Source of the DNA: Lepidodermella squamata
Lineage: Eukaryota > Animalia > Gastrotricha
Length of the DNA stretch: 64,000 bases
Assembly: GCA_047495785.1 (NCBI GenBank)
Contig: JBLDXI010000025.1
Span: 1,736,001-1,800,000 of the forward strand
Direction: 5' to 3'
Positions 12,490 through 24,600 of this stretch are shown in pieces. Both the position numbers and the translations under genes were made by a program. The notes under the pieces were generated by a model. The model saw nothing but the letters and a program-made list of their open reading frames with translations, was not told where the DNA came from and did not search any database. The first letter of the stretch is position 1, and every line of letters starts with the position of its first letter.

Positions 12490-15400
12490 TTATTGGAGAT
12501 TCTGAGGAGAAGAATGCAAAAATTGAGCAATTTTTTCTTGTTTCAGTCGTTGAGCCAGGGTTAAAGCCGAGTCATTTTCCGCATTTTTCATGTTCAAAAA
12601 ATCCGGGTTTAAATTGAGCAAATACTCAACAAGTTGAAGATTTCCACTTCGCACAGCTAAATGAATCGCCGATTCTTGCTTCGAATTTTCGCCCGAGATC
12701 AACTTCCGAAAATCAGCTCCTTTTTCCACCAAAATTTTCGCAGTTTCAAGATTACCACAGTTGCAGGCGAGAAGAAAAGGGGTAATGCCAGATTTATTCG
12801 CATCTTCAAAATCGAGCTTCAGGTCATCCAGGAAATATTTCAAAATTTCAGGCGATTTCTTGGCGGCTAAATGAACTGGATTATCGCCATTTTCATCCTC
12901 AATTTTCACGATTTCTGGGTCAAAATTTTCCATCAATTTAACGAATTCCAGCCTGTTATCTTCAACAGCTAGTTGGAACGCGTTTTTATGAAACCCGCCA
13001 GTATTTTCACGCAAATCTGCCCCGTGCTCGAGTAAGAATTTGACCGCATCAATTTTTCCAGTTCTCGTAGCTGCTTGAAGTGGCGAACAGAAAGATTTCG
13101 GCAACTTTTGAACCGAAGCCTTCTTTTCTTTAACAAGGTATTCCAGGACTTCAACCGAACCTGAGAACGCGGCAAATGTCAATGGCGTAATGTTGAATCT
13201 TGAAGTTAGACTATCGATGCTAAGTTCAGATTGCAATTCAAGGAAATATTTAACAGTTTCTAAATGGCCAGACATCATAGCCGAATGGAAGGGCTTTATG
13301 CCAACTTCATCTGACCCTGAGTTCAAATCAGCGTTTTGTTCTTCTATCAAATATTTCACGACATCCAGCCGGCCGTCCATAATTGCTTTGTGGAGAATAT
13401 TCCGGCCAAGGTCGGATTTATCCGGCAGTTCGGTCATGTATTTCTTGCAAGCTTTCGGCAGGTTCTGGTTCGCGAAATCCGCAGCGATTTTTGGTAAATC
13501 GCCAAATTTGGCTTTAAAGTGAAATCGTTGCACCAGATTGAATTTCGTGTTTGGATTTTCGAGCAGAGAAGGATCGATAAAGGCGATATCCTCGTGTTTC
13601 TTGATTGCCTTTTTCATTAGAAAAACCTGGTTGTAGTAAAAAATGAAACATTAATAGTGTAATGAAGTAATAACGTAATTAGGCACTCGGTTCGCCGCCT
13701 ACGCAACCGTCGTCATGGTGAATTTCAGGAAAAATTATCCCCATTCCCTATTCTATTCAGCAGCTTGCCCCCTAAACCCCATACTGTCGCCGTTTGCTAC
13801 TCAATACTCGTTCGTCTGGCGAAAATGAGAGAAGCGGATGCTAACGAGCCAACTGAGATGCGGAAGCTTCGTCTAGAAGCAACGGCTGGTCGTCGATTAA
13901 ATGAACCGCCAGAGAACCGGAAGGTTCGTCTTCAAGCAATGGTTGTCCGTCGAGCGAAAGAAACACCTTAGCAACGGGAGATACGCCTGGTAGCAATAGC
14001 CGAGAGCCGAGCCAATGAATCATCGGAATGTCGAAAGTCACGAAAGTTCTAATTGAAAACGTTATTCCGTCGCCATTTGGGGGAAAGTCTGTCTCGCTTG
14101 ACAGCCGTTTCACAAAGATTCGCATATCTACGGAGAAAATGGCTGTGGTACGGATCTGGATCTGATCCGTCAATGATTATCTGAGAGACCTGTTCTAAAC
14201 ACTAGTAATATTAATGGAATAAAATAAAATAACAGTAATTTGTAACTTCTTCACCGGTTAAGCAACGTTTCTCTATATGGTATGGGATATGGGTTTCCCC
14301 CGGCGCTACTGCAGCAGCTCTGCTGTTGCCAATTGAGGCTCCAATCATTTTCCCCGCCTTTCATTGATTTTTTGCCTGTTTAAACATCAACTTTTTAACG
14401 CCCTAAAAATATATATATCCTATCGGCTTTGTGCCAACATCATCATGTCATTCGACAAAAATGATAATCAGTTCCTCAATGAGCTTTCCGACGAAAGTGA
14501 AGCCCGTATCATGGCAATATTTGATGAGCTTCAAGTACAGTTTGATAACCATAAAGCTACGGTCACGTCGCAGGCAAAGGAGCTTGCAATGCTTCACGCC
14601 CAAGGTGACAAGTTTGAGGAAGAACAGCTTCGAAACTATGTTATGGTCTTTGGAATCCCAGAAGCTGACGGCGAGGAAGTCACGACCACGATCAAGGAAA
14701 TGGTTCCTGAGCTAAGTTTCCGCACAGTGCACTGTTAGATCAACCGTCCGGAAATCACGGCACTGACTCTGACGCCGAGTGAATTTCGCAGACTGATGTG
14801 ACTAATAAATACTCATGATTTAACTTGAATGACGTTGTGAATGACTCGAATAATTTGAAAGAGAATGCCGGTTATTGTTTGGTTGATTTGGAAAAAATTT
14901 CAACAAATCGGTTGTCATCCAACACCGCCCCTGCAACGACAACTATATATGCGACGCCACTCCTTGGGGATTAGGGATGACCTTTATTAAATTTTTTGCT
15001 ACTACAATTTTTACTGCCTTGTTAATTATCACATAATATTTTATAGATTTTTAAATGAGTAGCAACCAAACAAAATCATAACCAAGTCTTGGTTATCCGG
15101 AATGCGTGTCCTAATTTGATCAGTGCTTTAAGTTCAGCAAGGATAGCTCAAGGAGCTAATGCACAGGCTATTCTCGCGTCTTATGGGCAACCTTCGGCCC
15201 ACCTCCAAGTGCAGTTTACTAACTTGCAGCAATTTGCAAATCAGACTGGCCGAGGTGGTATCATACCTGCATTTCAAAACAGCTTTTACTCTGAACAACC
15301 GCCCACAGCAACGTCCCAACAAACTCGCAAAAGCCGAGTGCGCCGAATCAGGGTAATGCATCGGGCTTCAACTAACAGTCAGGGTTAAAAATATACTTAG

Positions 15401-16530
15401 CCGACGAAAATACGCAGTATTTTGCTACAGCGTAGTGTATAAGCTTTCTGACAACAAGGACCGGGGAAAAGGCACTAACTCTTCATAGAAAATTGTATCT
15501 AATCACCGCGTTCAACGGAAAAAGCGGGGCACGGCGATCAAATCCTCAGACGAACAGGTTTAGGTGCCCGAATACTTGCGGTTTTCGCTACACGTGTTTT
15601 TCTCTCATAAATGGAGCTTATTATGAGTTCTACTTTTGTTGACATTCGGAATGAATGTACAAAGAGAAATGTTGCGGTTTTTCTTGCTGAAAATAAACGG
15701 CGAGTTGAATCTTTGACTAACCTTGCTTTCGGCATTCATAATTTTCATGTGGATATCAGCCAATTTCGCAAGATCGAAATATAAAAGAGACGTGTTCGTA
15801 ACTTCCTCCAGCAAATCACGAGCTTCGTCGAGAAGTTTTGTCGCCAATTCAACAATATTACTCGATTTCGACTGCGTCAATTTATCCTTTTCCATTTCTT
15901 CCGCATTTCTTTTCGAATTTTTCAGCCGCTCGTTTGCCAAAATGCCTTCCAGCGTATACTCAACGCTTGCATACGCCCATCTTATTTCAGTTTTCAGCGA
16001 TTCCATATGACGAAAAATGCAACCGTCGCAGTATTCATTGCTGCAATGTGGGCATTTGACCAGTTTTAGCAGGAATCGATGAGCGCATTCGTCCAAGTCA
16101 AGAAAATTTAGGCTAGTTTTCGCAACTTTCAACGCGTTAAAGCCGTCCAATGCCCGCTGAATCGCAATGTTAGTTTTCAAATCTAGAAAAATTAAACATA
16201 TCAGAACATTAAAAATCGCGTAAATTCCGTTTTACCAGTTTCGAAATTTCCGGTTTCTAGCACATTTTCAGCCTCGCATTCAATGCAGGTGATGACGTCA
16301 GCTAGCTCTTCCTTCCGCTCGATTGTGAGTTTGTGATACTCCTCGAGGCATCTCAAGCAAAACGTGTGGCCACAATTCGGCAATATTTTAGGCAAAATGA
16401 AAGGTTGTGAGCAAATGCCGCAAAGGAAAAGCTGCAAATAAAATTGCTAGATTTTCCCGATTGAATAAAAAAAGAATACCTGGTCGGCATTTTCTAACTT
16501 TTCAGTAACTGATTTAGCCAGCTGATCCAT
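12490..16530 (-). CDS. TRIM-like RING-Bbox-coiled-coil-ankyrin protein, gene D
   Basis: Exons 16530-16480, ~16432-16236 (RING), 16182-15722 (B-box-like and coiled coil) and 13626-12490 (ankyrins); phase-0 intron 13627-15721. Confidence 0.82.
13810..14010 (+). mobile_element. Helitron-type STPR-like repeat remnant
   Basis: Repeated motif NEPTEMRKLRL / NEPPENRKVRL / KETP*QREIRL resembles the ETxEQRxxRL repeats of Helitron Rep-helicase N-termini; contains a stop. Confidence 0.45.
14445..14738 (+). mobile_element. LINE ORF1-like fragment
   Basis: Coiled coil followed by EEEQLRNYVMVFGIPEADGE, like the EQxxRxxNxxIxGIPE motif of LINE ORF1. Confidence 0.5.
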
Positions 16531-16699
16531 GATAAAATCTGGATCTAAACCGAAAGCACAAAAAATTCAGGGGTGAGGGGAAAAAGTATATCTTGCCAAT
16601 ATTCAGAAAAACAGGAGTCCAATGTATTTCAAAAATAGCATAATACAATACTATTCATTCAATGAAAATTTAGTTCGTCGCTGGAAGTCTTTCATTTGT

Positions 16700-19600
16700 T
16701 TACTTGGTAGAGAGAGGAGCTAATTCCGCAAGTTTAGCCGTAATTCCTATCGGAATAGATTCAATTCCACGCACAAGGTCAACAGGCGTTTTCTTATTTT
16801 TGTCCTTCGTCGTCACCAAGAATCTCGCAGTAGGCAATCCCAGCAGGTAGGCAGCGATGCCGTATGACTTTTTGCTCAGCGCCAGGTGCAACACGTTGCG
16901 CTCGTCTTTATCTGTCGCCCAGAGATTAGCACCTTTATCCAGTAAAAACTTGAAAATTGTCAAGTTGTTGTTGAACGTAGCAATATGAAGCGGTGTTTCG
17001 CCGTCGCTCGTTCGCGATTCAATGGTTTGCCAGGCGAATTTCAGCAAATAATCGAGACAATCGGGGCCATTTAATCCATAGGCTGCATAATGAATCGGGA
17101 GCCAGTCGGACGCACCGACATTCAGCTCAGTACCAGAGAAGTGTTGCAGGGCCCATTTCAGAACATCCAAATTACCAGATTCCGCGCCCAGGTGGACGAT
17201 CGTGCTTTGATATTCAGCAATCGCACTAACATCAGCTCCTCGTTTTTCAAATAATTTAACAGCCTCAAAATGACCGAGCTTGGTTGCGATTAAGAGAGGG
17301 GTTGCGCCTTGATTATTTTCTGACTCCATGTCAACATTTGGGCAATCAAGAAGCCTATTAATCAAGCCAATATCACCCTTTCCAGCAGCAAGGGACAGCG
17401 CCGTATTGTCGAGGTTATCTGTGTCTTCAATCGAGTCAGGATTTTTCTCCAAGAGAAATTCCAAAACTTCTAGATGGCCTGAAGAGGTGGCGGCAAGCAA
17501 GGGAGTCAGCCCAGATTCAAAGCAACAGACGTCGAATATCGCTTCTAGATCACGAAGATATTTGACCACATCTAAATGGCCCCGGTAAGCAGCCAAAAAC
17601 GCTGCAGTAACTTTTTCAGGTTCATGGCTTGTCTGTTCAACGTCAATTTTCAGATTTTTCAGAATGAACTTGACAACGTTGAGACGCCCACCATCGGCGG
17701 CTTCATGCAGTACATTGTAGCCATTCAAATCTGATTTATCGCTCAGATCAGGTCTCCAGCCTAGAAATAGGGTCATCGCCTCTAAATGGCCCTCCCTAGC
17801 CGCGATGTGAGCAACAGTTTTGCCTTTGCTATCAACCGCAGTGATATCAGCTTTTTCTTGCGAAATCAAATAATGAATGGTGTCGATCGAACCGGCAGAT
17901 GCAGCTTGTAGTAGAATTGTCCTGCCAGAGTCGTTGCAGTCTTTGTGTTCAATGACAAGTTGCTTGCAATTGATTGGTACTTCGCTGAGAAGGCTTTTGA
18001 GCTGATCTAGGTTCCCAGCTGTCGCTGCCTGGTGGAAGTCTCGAAACTCGCCATCCTAAGAAATTTAAGATTGAGATGAGAAATTTATAACAAAAAATAA
18101 ACAAGGACATGGTGGTTCTATGGCAATATGAAAAAGGCAATCTGCAAGATTTCTTCGGTCTCTGGCGCCTATAAATCTATCCCAAGCTCTCGCATACGGA
18201 TACAAAAATATCCAAAATATTATTGACTTTGCTCGAATTCAGCAAAAATGTTTAGCTTTATTCTAATCTCATATTATACTATTTCGCTTCTCCTGCTTTG
18301 TTACGAAATCGGTATGCGGTTAGTCCAATATGATTTCGACGACATTTTCGAAACTAATCAACTCTGCATATTTGCTTCCATTCTTCTAGCCGCTTACCAA
18401 CCTACTTATCTACTGTGCCATGATTTCAGAAATTTGAAATTATTTCGAAGCACACTGTCAATGGAACGCTGGCGGAGGTGGACAACATTGGGACATTTGA
18501 TGACCCACCGGAAATCTCCGACGAAGATCTGGGTGCTTTGCAGTCACCCTCGGCACCCTCGTCTGGAGCTAATCTAAACCCAGCACCTGCACCTGCAAAT
18601 AATCTCAGTCTGGCACCTGAAGGCAAACCTAATTTGGCACCTGGAGGCAATCTTACTGGGCCGACTCTGATCTTGGCACCGGCATCTGTAGGCGAACAGA
18701 ACCCGGCACCTGAATCTGGAGGCAATCTCAATAAGGTACTGACTCCTAAAAGCGTACCCGTACATGTCCCGGAACCGGTACCAGCGCCTGACAGCGCCAC
18801 CTGTTAAATAACCTTTGTACATTATTTATAGGCGATTACGACTTCAATAGTCCGCCCGTTTTACTTCGCGTCCGCGCTCGCTAGTGGTCCTGCCCGTACT
18901 GTAAGGGACCGTTCAATTCATATGATCCCTTCATTTATATTCATTTGTGTATAGATCTGCCTCGTTGTATCATTTGTCGTTTGTATGTTTGTATCCACCT
19001 GTTTGCCTCGTCATCAAAGCAACCCTGCGTAGCGAGATATTTGGGAATTAAGCCAGATTTAATTGGGAATTAACAAGACAGCCTTTTGTAACCGTCACTC
19101 GTCACTGTCACAAAGCTTACGAGTGCATCAAGCACGATGGCCTGTGGTAGCAGCTAAGACGGAATTCCGGCACCTCTGGTAAAATGGATGTCCGCTTATT
19201 TACAGGCCCGGGTTGGAACGGCATTGAGCTGTAGTCATAATAGCTTCTACGGATGCCCAAGGACTTGCCCCTTGCCCCTTCATCAGATACTCGATATCAG
19301 CAAAGCCTAGTCTGGATGAGCTTCCAGCTATCCAGGCATCCTCAATCGAAATCTGGCGCATTAATTGGCAGCTGCATGTTATTTTTGTAATTTTCACATC
19401 AAATTTCGAATAAGCAATCAAACTAATACTGCAAACACCTTCATAAAACCCTACCTTTATAGCATCTTCCAGTTTTGTACGAGTACCTTCTTTTTCGAGA
19501 TTCACGTTTGCACCTTCAGCCAGAACAGCACTGATCTTTTCGATCATTGACGAATTTTCCCATTTGAGCGATATTTTAGATTGAGCGGCCTGGCAGTTAT

Positions 19601-20584
19601 CCACTCCCATCAACTCATCGATCTTTAAAAGTTAAACATGAGAATATTGCGATTTTTTCACGTCATACAAAATTTACCCTTGATCGTTTTTCTTTCGCCA
19701 TGTTGTAAAAATCAAAGAATTTCTCGCTCGAAGCGTCGAGTAGGGTACGTTGCTCAATTTCTGCAGACAAAGTTTCTAATTTTTCGAATCCGTCGAGCTG
19801 ATCGTGAGATACTAGATTGTTTAGGGATTCAAGCCGCTCTTTCTCGAGATCAGCGACCTTTCTTTTCAGGCTTTGCACCTGCTTCGCCACTACCTTCCGA
19901 AATTCCTTCACCAAAGCTTCACTGGATTGGTCGATTTCTTCAACGACAGCTCTCGCATTTTCGCTGATTTTCGAGCGGATTAAATCAGCTTTTCTATCGA
20001 TATCTACCAAGCTCGTTTCATAAATTCTTCGAAGCTGAAAATACCGGAAAAATATACAGATCCTTTTACACATCACACATCCAACGTTACATTGTTGCAT
20101 GAAAAAGTTGCCTCGAGTCTAATCCGTTCCAAGTGAAGAAAGAAGCAGGAAGGGCAGTATTCTTGCTCGCAATGTTGGCATATCTTCAAATCCGACTTGG
20201 CCAAAACATGCGAATGGCAGCAATTTTCGCCGGGTTTCCACTTTGGTTCGTCGCCATTTTGAGATTTCAGAACTTCAACCGCTCTTTTAACAGCGTAATT
20301 GATCTTCAACGAGTCAATACCGTCTTCCGGAATATCTGTCACTGCGCGGCATTCGGGGCAAGTAATTGTTTCTTCATCTTCCTTTGCTAAATTAGCGAGA
20401 CACGGTGTGCACAATGAATGGCCGCATTCAGTCAGCATTTTAGCTTCGGAGCACAAGTCAAGGCAAACCGAGCAGCTTAGAGCCTGAAAAATAAGCGGGC
20501 GATCGAAATTCCGACAAATTTTACTTCGGTTATACATAGACCAACCTCGAAAATTGCACTTCTCGGTGATACAGTGGAAGACAT
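16700..20584 (-). CDS. TRIM-like RING-Bbox-coiled-coil-ankyrin protein, gene A1
   Basis: Exon 1 MSSTVSPRSAIFE; RING+B-box exon ~20483-20091; coiled-coil exons ~20035-19678 and ~19623-19455; ankyrin exon 18055-16700; intron 18056-19454. Confidence 0.85.
18560..18800. repeat. Degenerate short tandem repeat, Pro/Ala/Gly-rich when translated, inside the A1 intron
   Basis: Recurring (t/g)ggcacc(t/g)g units encoding NLxLAP.G-like repeats. Confidence 0.4.
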
Positions 20585-20789
20585 TTTTACGTTTGATTAG
20601 TGCTAAAATTGAAAATAATTGAGATATCATAGTTTGTTAATTTCGCCTTCAAGTTTAAACGCATTAAAATTCATCCCCATCTTGCAAAAAATAAACCATG
20701 GGTGCACCAACAATTTTTGAATATATTTATATCGCACGTCAGAAAATTAATATCACATCTACATCTCATCTACAACCAACCCAGATGCA

Positions 20790-21242
20790 ATTTCCTTTTT
20801 TCTTTGGGAATCCACGAGGTGCAAGATCTTTTGGCGCCAAGACGTCCACCGGTGGGCCAAATTCCTTAATGAAAAAAGACAAAATCTCTCAGTTGCAGCA
20901 GTTGCGTCGGCATCGCCACTCGCCGCCTAATGCAAGCAATGCGCTCCAAGTGAGTCCAAAGCGTCATGATCATTTGGTATTTCCTTGATCAAGCACTGAA
21001 CAACAGTCAGACGACCATGTTGAGCCGTGGTGAAATACCGCTGAGCGGATCTGGATTCGCATCAATGATTCGATACATTTAGCACAGAAAAAATGACATA
21101 ACTGAGGTAGATTTTGCGGATCTTCCGCCAATTCAAGGCAAACTGAACAAAAGTAAAAGCCTGAAGAATAACGCGTCTTCTCGCGTAATAGATAAACTAA
21201 ATTGAAAATTACCGCTTCAACCGGACAGCTGATTCCTGACAT
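20790..21242 (-). pseudogene. Internally deleted B-type RING-ankyrin pseudogene (B-psi)
   Basis: MSGISCPVEA plus a decayed RING (CSVCLELAEDPQNLPQLCHFFCAKC), followed about 100 bp later by the late ankyrin segment DALDSLGAHCLH*AASGD, which matches DAIDNQGGHCLHWAASGE in B1. Confidence 0.75.
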
Positions 21243-21607
21243 TGAATTTAGCAAATTTACACATTTATCATTATAGCGAGAAGTCTACGACAATAAAATG
21301 AAAAAGAGTACGAATTGAAGTTGTTGAGGTGAACAAAGCGTGAACGAAATTCAACTTTTATTCCAATGAAATCGCATGCACCCATAAAAAATCCGCTGCA
21401 AATCGAATAGGCCATTTATTACGTCTAAACTGTGATAAAACGGCATTAAAATCCGAGGAGATCTCATCAAAGTGTCTGTGCAAGAAATCTAACGGCTAAG
21501 CAAAATTAAAACACATAAAAGCAAGTTGCATAGAAATTTCGAAAGAAAAATGAAACATAAAACTTAAAGATATAACGTTATTAGGGGAAGACATGCATTG
21601 CTGCAGT

Positions 21608-24600
21608 TTAACAGACTGAGAGAGTAGCTAATTTCTCAAGTTTAGCCGTGATTTCCTTTGGAATACCATCAATTTCACGCGCAAGATCAACCGGCGTTTC
21701 GCCTTTTTTGTCCTTCATACCCGCCAAGAATTTCGCAGTAGGCAATCCCAGTAGGTATGCAGCGATGCGAAAAGACTTACCAACAAGAGCTAAGTGCAAC
21801 ACGTTTTGCTCGTTTTTAATATCCGTAGCCCATAAACTCGCACCGCTCCCCAAAAGGAACTTGAAAATTGTCAAATTATCATTGTTAGTTGAAACATGAA
21901 GCGGCGTTTGACCTTCGCTCGTTCGCGATTCAATGGTTTGCCACGCGAATTTCAGCAAATAATCGAGGCAATCTGGCCCATTTAACCCATTAGCTGCATG
22001 ATGAATCGGCAACCAGTCGGACGCAGCGACCTTCAGCTCAGTCCCGGGAAAGTGCTGCAGGGCCCATTTGAAGAGATCTGAATTACCAGATTCCGCGCTA
22101 AGATGAACGACCGTATCGTGATCTTCAGTTGTCGCCTTAACGTCGGCTCCTCGGTTTTCAAACAGTTTAACAGCCTCAAAATGACCGTACTTGGTCGCGA
22201 TTAGGAGAGGCGTTAAGCAGCTCTTATTCTTCAACTCCAGATTCACATCTGGAGCATCAAGAAGCCTAGCGATAATATCAATGTTTCCTTTTTCAGCGGC
22301 TAGAGATAAAGCTGAATTGCCGTTTAAATCAACTTCATTGATGCAGCCAGGATGTTTTTCTAACAAGAAGTCCACGACTAATAGATGACCGGAATAAATG
22401 GCAAAGTGTAATGGAGTAACATCAGCTGCAAGGCATTTGACGTCGAAATTTGCCCCAATTTCGTGAAAATACGTGACCACATCTAAATGGCCCCGGTTAG
22501 CAGCCAAACATGCCGCCGTAGCCTTTTCAGGTTCATGGCTTGTCTGTTCAACGTCAATTTTCAGATTTTTCAGAATGAATTTGACAACGTTGAGACGTCC
22601 ACCATCGGCAGCTTCATGCAATACGTTATAGCCCTTAAAATCTGTTTTATCGCTCAGATCAGGTCTCCAGCCTAGAAGTAGGGTCATCGCCTCCAAATGG
22701 CCTTTTCTAGCCGCGATGTGAGCGACTGTTTTACCTGCGATATCAACAGCCATGATATCAGCCTTTTCTTGCGATATCAAATAGTGAATGATGTCGGTCG
22801 AACCGGCAGACGCAGCTTGTAGTAGGATTGTCCTGCCAGAGTCATTGCAGTCTTTGTGTTCAATGACAAGCTTCTTACAGTTAGCTGGAACTTCGCTGAG
22901 CAGATTTTTGAGCCGATCCAAATTTCCAATTTTTGCAGCCTCGTGAAAGTGTCGAAATTCAACATCCTAAGAAATTTAATATAGAATAAAGAATACATAA
23001 ACTAAGCGTAATTTGTTGCAATAAAGGAAGCATGTTTACAAAATATGTTCCCACTAATTTATGTAATTTTTTGTCTGAAATCGAAATCAGCCTCATGAGC
23101 GATGCGGTTTTCCGGAAATAATCGGCGACAACCGGCGCCGGGCCCCCGGCCGCTCACGGCCTGCTAACGGCCTGCCGTGCAACGCTAACCACTTAGCCCA
23201 CCTTAACCAGGCCTGCTGGTCTTCGATGATCCAGGGCATTTCCTAGATAATTGCCCTGAGCCTATTAGAGGCGCGCGGTTCTTACCGAGGCCGAAGAACG
23301 TCATCAATTTCGGCGCCACTTATGCAGTTCAGGCGTCGCTTTCTTGCCATTACCAACCTATCCCGTGACCTCATTCTAGGCCAGGACTTCATATACCCAT
23401 CAGAGGATTCCATCAGCTTCAGGCATCTGTGCATGTGTTGCATGTTACCAGGAAACCCTAGGTTGAAGTGCATTATCACTCGAACGTTCGGACGGACCGG
23501 CTTGGTCGGCTCCGCGCCAGATCAAGCATGGTGGCCGACCTGCGGTAGATCTTTGCTTTGTTGCGCACAGCTTGCCGCAGATAAAGCAATTGACTAGAAT
23601 CGCCCGAATAGTATTTGGGAACGACTTTGGCCGCTTTCTTATCCCTATTTACGGGAGGCGAGGTAACAATCGGCCGCCAGTTCCCAAGCGCCATCGGCTG
23701 TGGCAACGTTTTATTATTTCAAATTGCTGTATTGTTAAATCAAGAGGTATTCTTAATTGTCTTTCTGGGTTATTTTACATTGCCGTATAAAAAGGTTGAA
23801 CTTAGGTTTCTCCAGAACTGAACATTGAATGTGATGAATGTCTACACGAGCCAGGGTTTTAGTGCCATCTTTTCAAGCTATCTCGTCGGAATTTACAGTC
23901 TCGATGATATATTGACAAGCCGCGCTTTGTTGCGACAGCTCCGCCAAAGTTGTAAAAGTGACTTCGTGAGCTTGTTTTGCCAACCGATAGCACTTGTCAA
24001 AATTACGCCGGTTCACCATGAAGTCAACATCACTTCGCGTTTTTTGTGTGTAAAGATTAAAAGCTAGGAGAAGTTGCTGCTGATGTCGTAACATACCAGC
24101 ATGACTACGACTATCATCTGAAGATTAGCCAAAATATAAGCGAATAGGATGGGTGTAATCGCATACCGTTGAAAAGAAGAACACTCATAAGTAAAGCCGA
24201 CTCGACAAAGGTTGGATTCCAAGCATCTAATGCATATGCCAGCTCCATGCATAAAGCATAGCCCTCCTTATAAAATTCGAGATTGAAAAGGTATAGTTAA
24301 TAGGCAAATAGACCTTCAATTGAGGAAAGGCGCCCAGAACAAGAGGAGCCACATAGCAGTCATTCAACCCGAAAAATCCTGAATTTCAGTACTGAAATAA
24401 AATGAAGAATTGAATGCGTTCATACCCGCTCCTTGGTTGCCCTTGAGGTTGAAATAAACGGCAACAACAGCTGGATAACTCATTGTCATGATGTAATGCT
24501 TCTCCGCTACTGTTACTCTCGTGTCATTATCGCTGAAACGCTCTGCGTAATGGTGACCAATGCGGCCTGTTGATACAAGATGAGCGAACCCGGCTGTAAG

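Noticed and set aside
18900-19160. Possible solo LTR (TGTAAG...TCACA) with a TGGTAGCAG PBS-like motif
   Set aside because: The motif is about 35 bp from the putative LTR end, and there is no TSD or second LTR
23125-23215. Minus-strand tRNA-like A box (TGGGCTAAGTGGTTAGCG)
   Set aside because: No convincing B box or cloverleaf
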